Below, one piece after another: positions 62,786 to 64,000 of a stretch of DNA of 64,000 nucleotides. Positions within the stretch are counted from its first letter, which is position 1, and each line of letters opens with the position of its first letter. Both the position numbers and the translations under genes were made by a program. The notes below the pieces were generated by a model. The model saw nothing but the letters and a program-made list of their open reading frames with translations. It had not been told where the DNA came from and ran no database searches. The DNA lies in contig NC_135826.1 in the NCBI RefSeq assembly GCF_964213995.1, forward strand, positions 15,066,001-15,130,000, read 5' to 3'. Source of the DNA: Mustelus asterias (lineage: Eukaryota).

Positions 62786-64000
62786 TAGATAGAACATAGA
62801 TAGAACATAGAACATTACAGCACAGAACAGGCCCTTCGGCCCACGATGTTGTGCCGACCTTCATCTGAAACCAAGATCAAGCTATCCCACTCCCTACCAT
62901 CCTGGTGTGCTCCATGTGCCTATCCAATAACCGCTTAAATGTTCCTAAAGTGTCTGACTCCACTATCACTGCAGGCAGTCCATTCCACACCCCAACCACT
63001 CTCTGCGTGAAGAACCTACCTCTGATATCCTTCCTATATCTCCCACCATGAACCCTATAGTTATGCCCCCTTGTAATAGCTCCATCCACCCGAGGAAATA
63101 GTCTTTGAACGTTCACTCGATCTATCCCCTTCATCATTTTATAAACCTCTATTAAGTCTCCCCTCAATCTCCTCCGCTCCAGAGAGAACAGCCCCAGCTC
63201 CCTCAACCTTTCCTCATAAGACCGACACTCCAAAACAGGCAGCATCCTGGTAAATCTCCTCTGCACTCTTTCCAGCGCTTCCACATCCTTCTTATAGTGA
63301 GGTGACCAGAACTGCACGCAATATTCCAAATGCGGTCTCACCAAGGTCCTGTACAGTTGCAGCATAACCCCACGGCTCTTAAACTCCAACCCCCTGTTAA
63401 TAAAAGCTAACACACTATATGCCTTCTTCACAGCTCTATCCACTTGAGTGGCAACCTTTAGAGATCTGTGGATATGGACCCCAAGATCTCTCTGTTCCTC
63501 CACAGTCTTCAGAACCCTACCTTTGACCCTGTAATCCACATTTAAATTTGTCCTACCAAAATGAATCACCTCACATTTATCAGGGTTAAACTCCATTTGC
63601 CATTTTTCAGCCCAGCTTTGCATCCTATCTATGTCTCTTTGCAGCCTACAACAGCCCTCCACCTCATCCACTACTCCACCAATCTTGGTGTCATCAGCAA
63701 ATTTACTGATCCACCCTTCAGCCCCCTCCTCTAAGTCATTAATAAAAATCACAAAGAGCAGAGGACCAAGCACCGATCCCTGCGGCACTCCGCTAGCAAC
63801 CTGCCTCCAGTCCGAAAATTTTCCATCCACCACCACCCTCTGTCTTCGATCAGATAGCCAGTTACCTATCCAATCGGCCAACTTTCCCTCTATCCCACAC
63901 CTCCTTACTTTCATCATAAGCCGACCATGGGGGACCTTATCAAACGCCTTACTAAAATCCATGTATATGACATCAACCGCCCTACCTTCATCAACACACC
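62786..64000 (-). mobile_element. Young CR1 LINE running off the window
   Basis: Open RT ORF 62877-63962; (ATAGAAC)n tail. Confidence 0.9.

Overview
Eukaryotic, repeat-rich genomic DNA from an elasmobranch (shark), inferred from HE1-type V-SINEs, abundant CR1 LINEs and cluster-type Ig organisation. The only host protein genes I can support are two tandem, unrearranged immunoglobulin light-chain clusters (L-V-12RSS...23RSS-J...C, sigma-type) on the + strand at ~25.2-29.3 kb and ~41.7-47.0 kb. Their V exons differ almost only in the CDRs, and the two clusters alternate between near-identical and strongly diverged blocks. A non-coding module upstream of each cluster has a third copy at ~62.6 kb, which suggests a further cluster beyond the window. 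The J-C intron of cluster 2 contains an intact-looking tRNA-Ser(UGA) gene that cluster 1 lacks. The rest is nested mobile DNA: CR1, Rex1 and Tx1 LINEs, SINEs, hAT and Harbinger relics, Penelope-derived fold-back elements with hammerhead-ribozyme motifs, and a full-length Gypsy LTR retrotransposon (53699-58395). The Gypsy element has no tRNA primer-binding site; a 14/15-bp self-complementary segment occupies that position, suggesting self-priming. All calls are by eye; repeat boundaries and percent identities are approximate.
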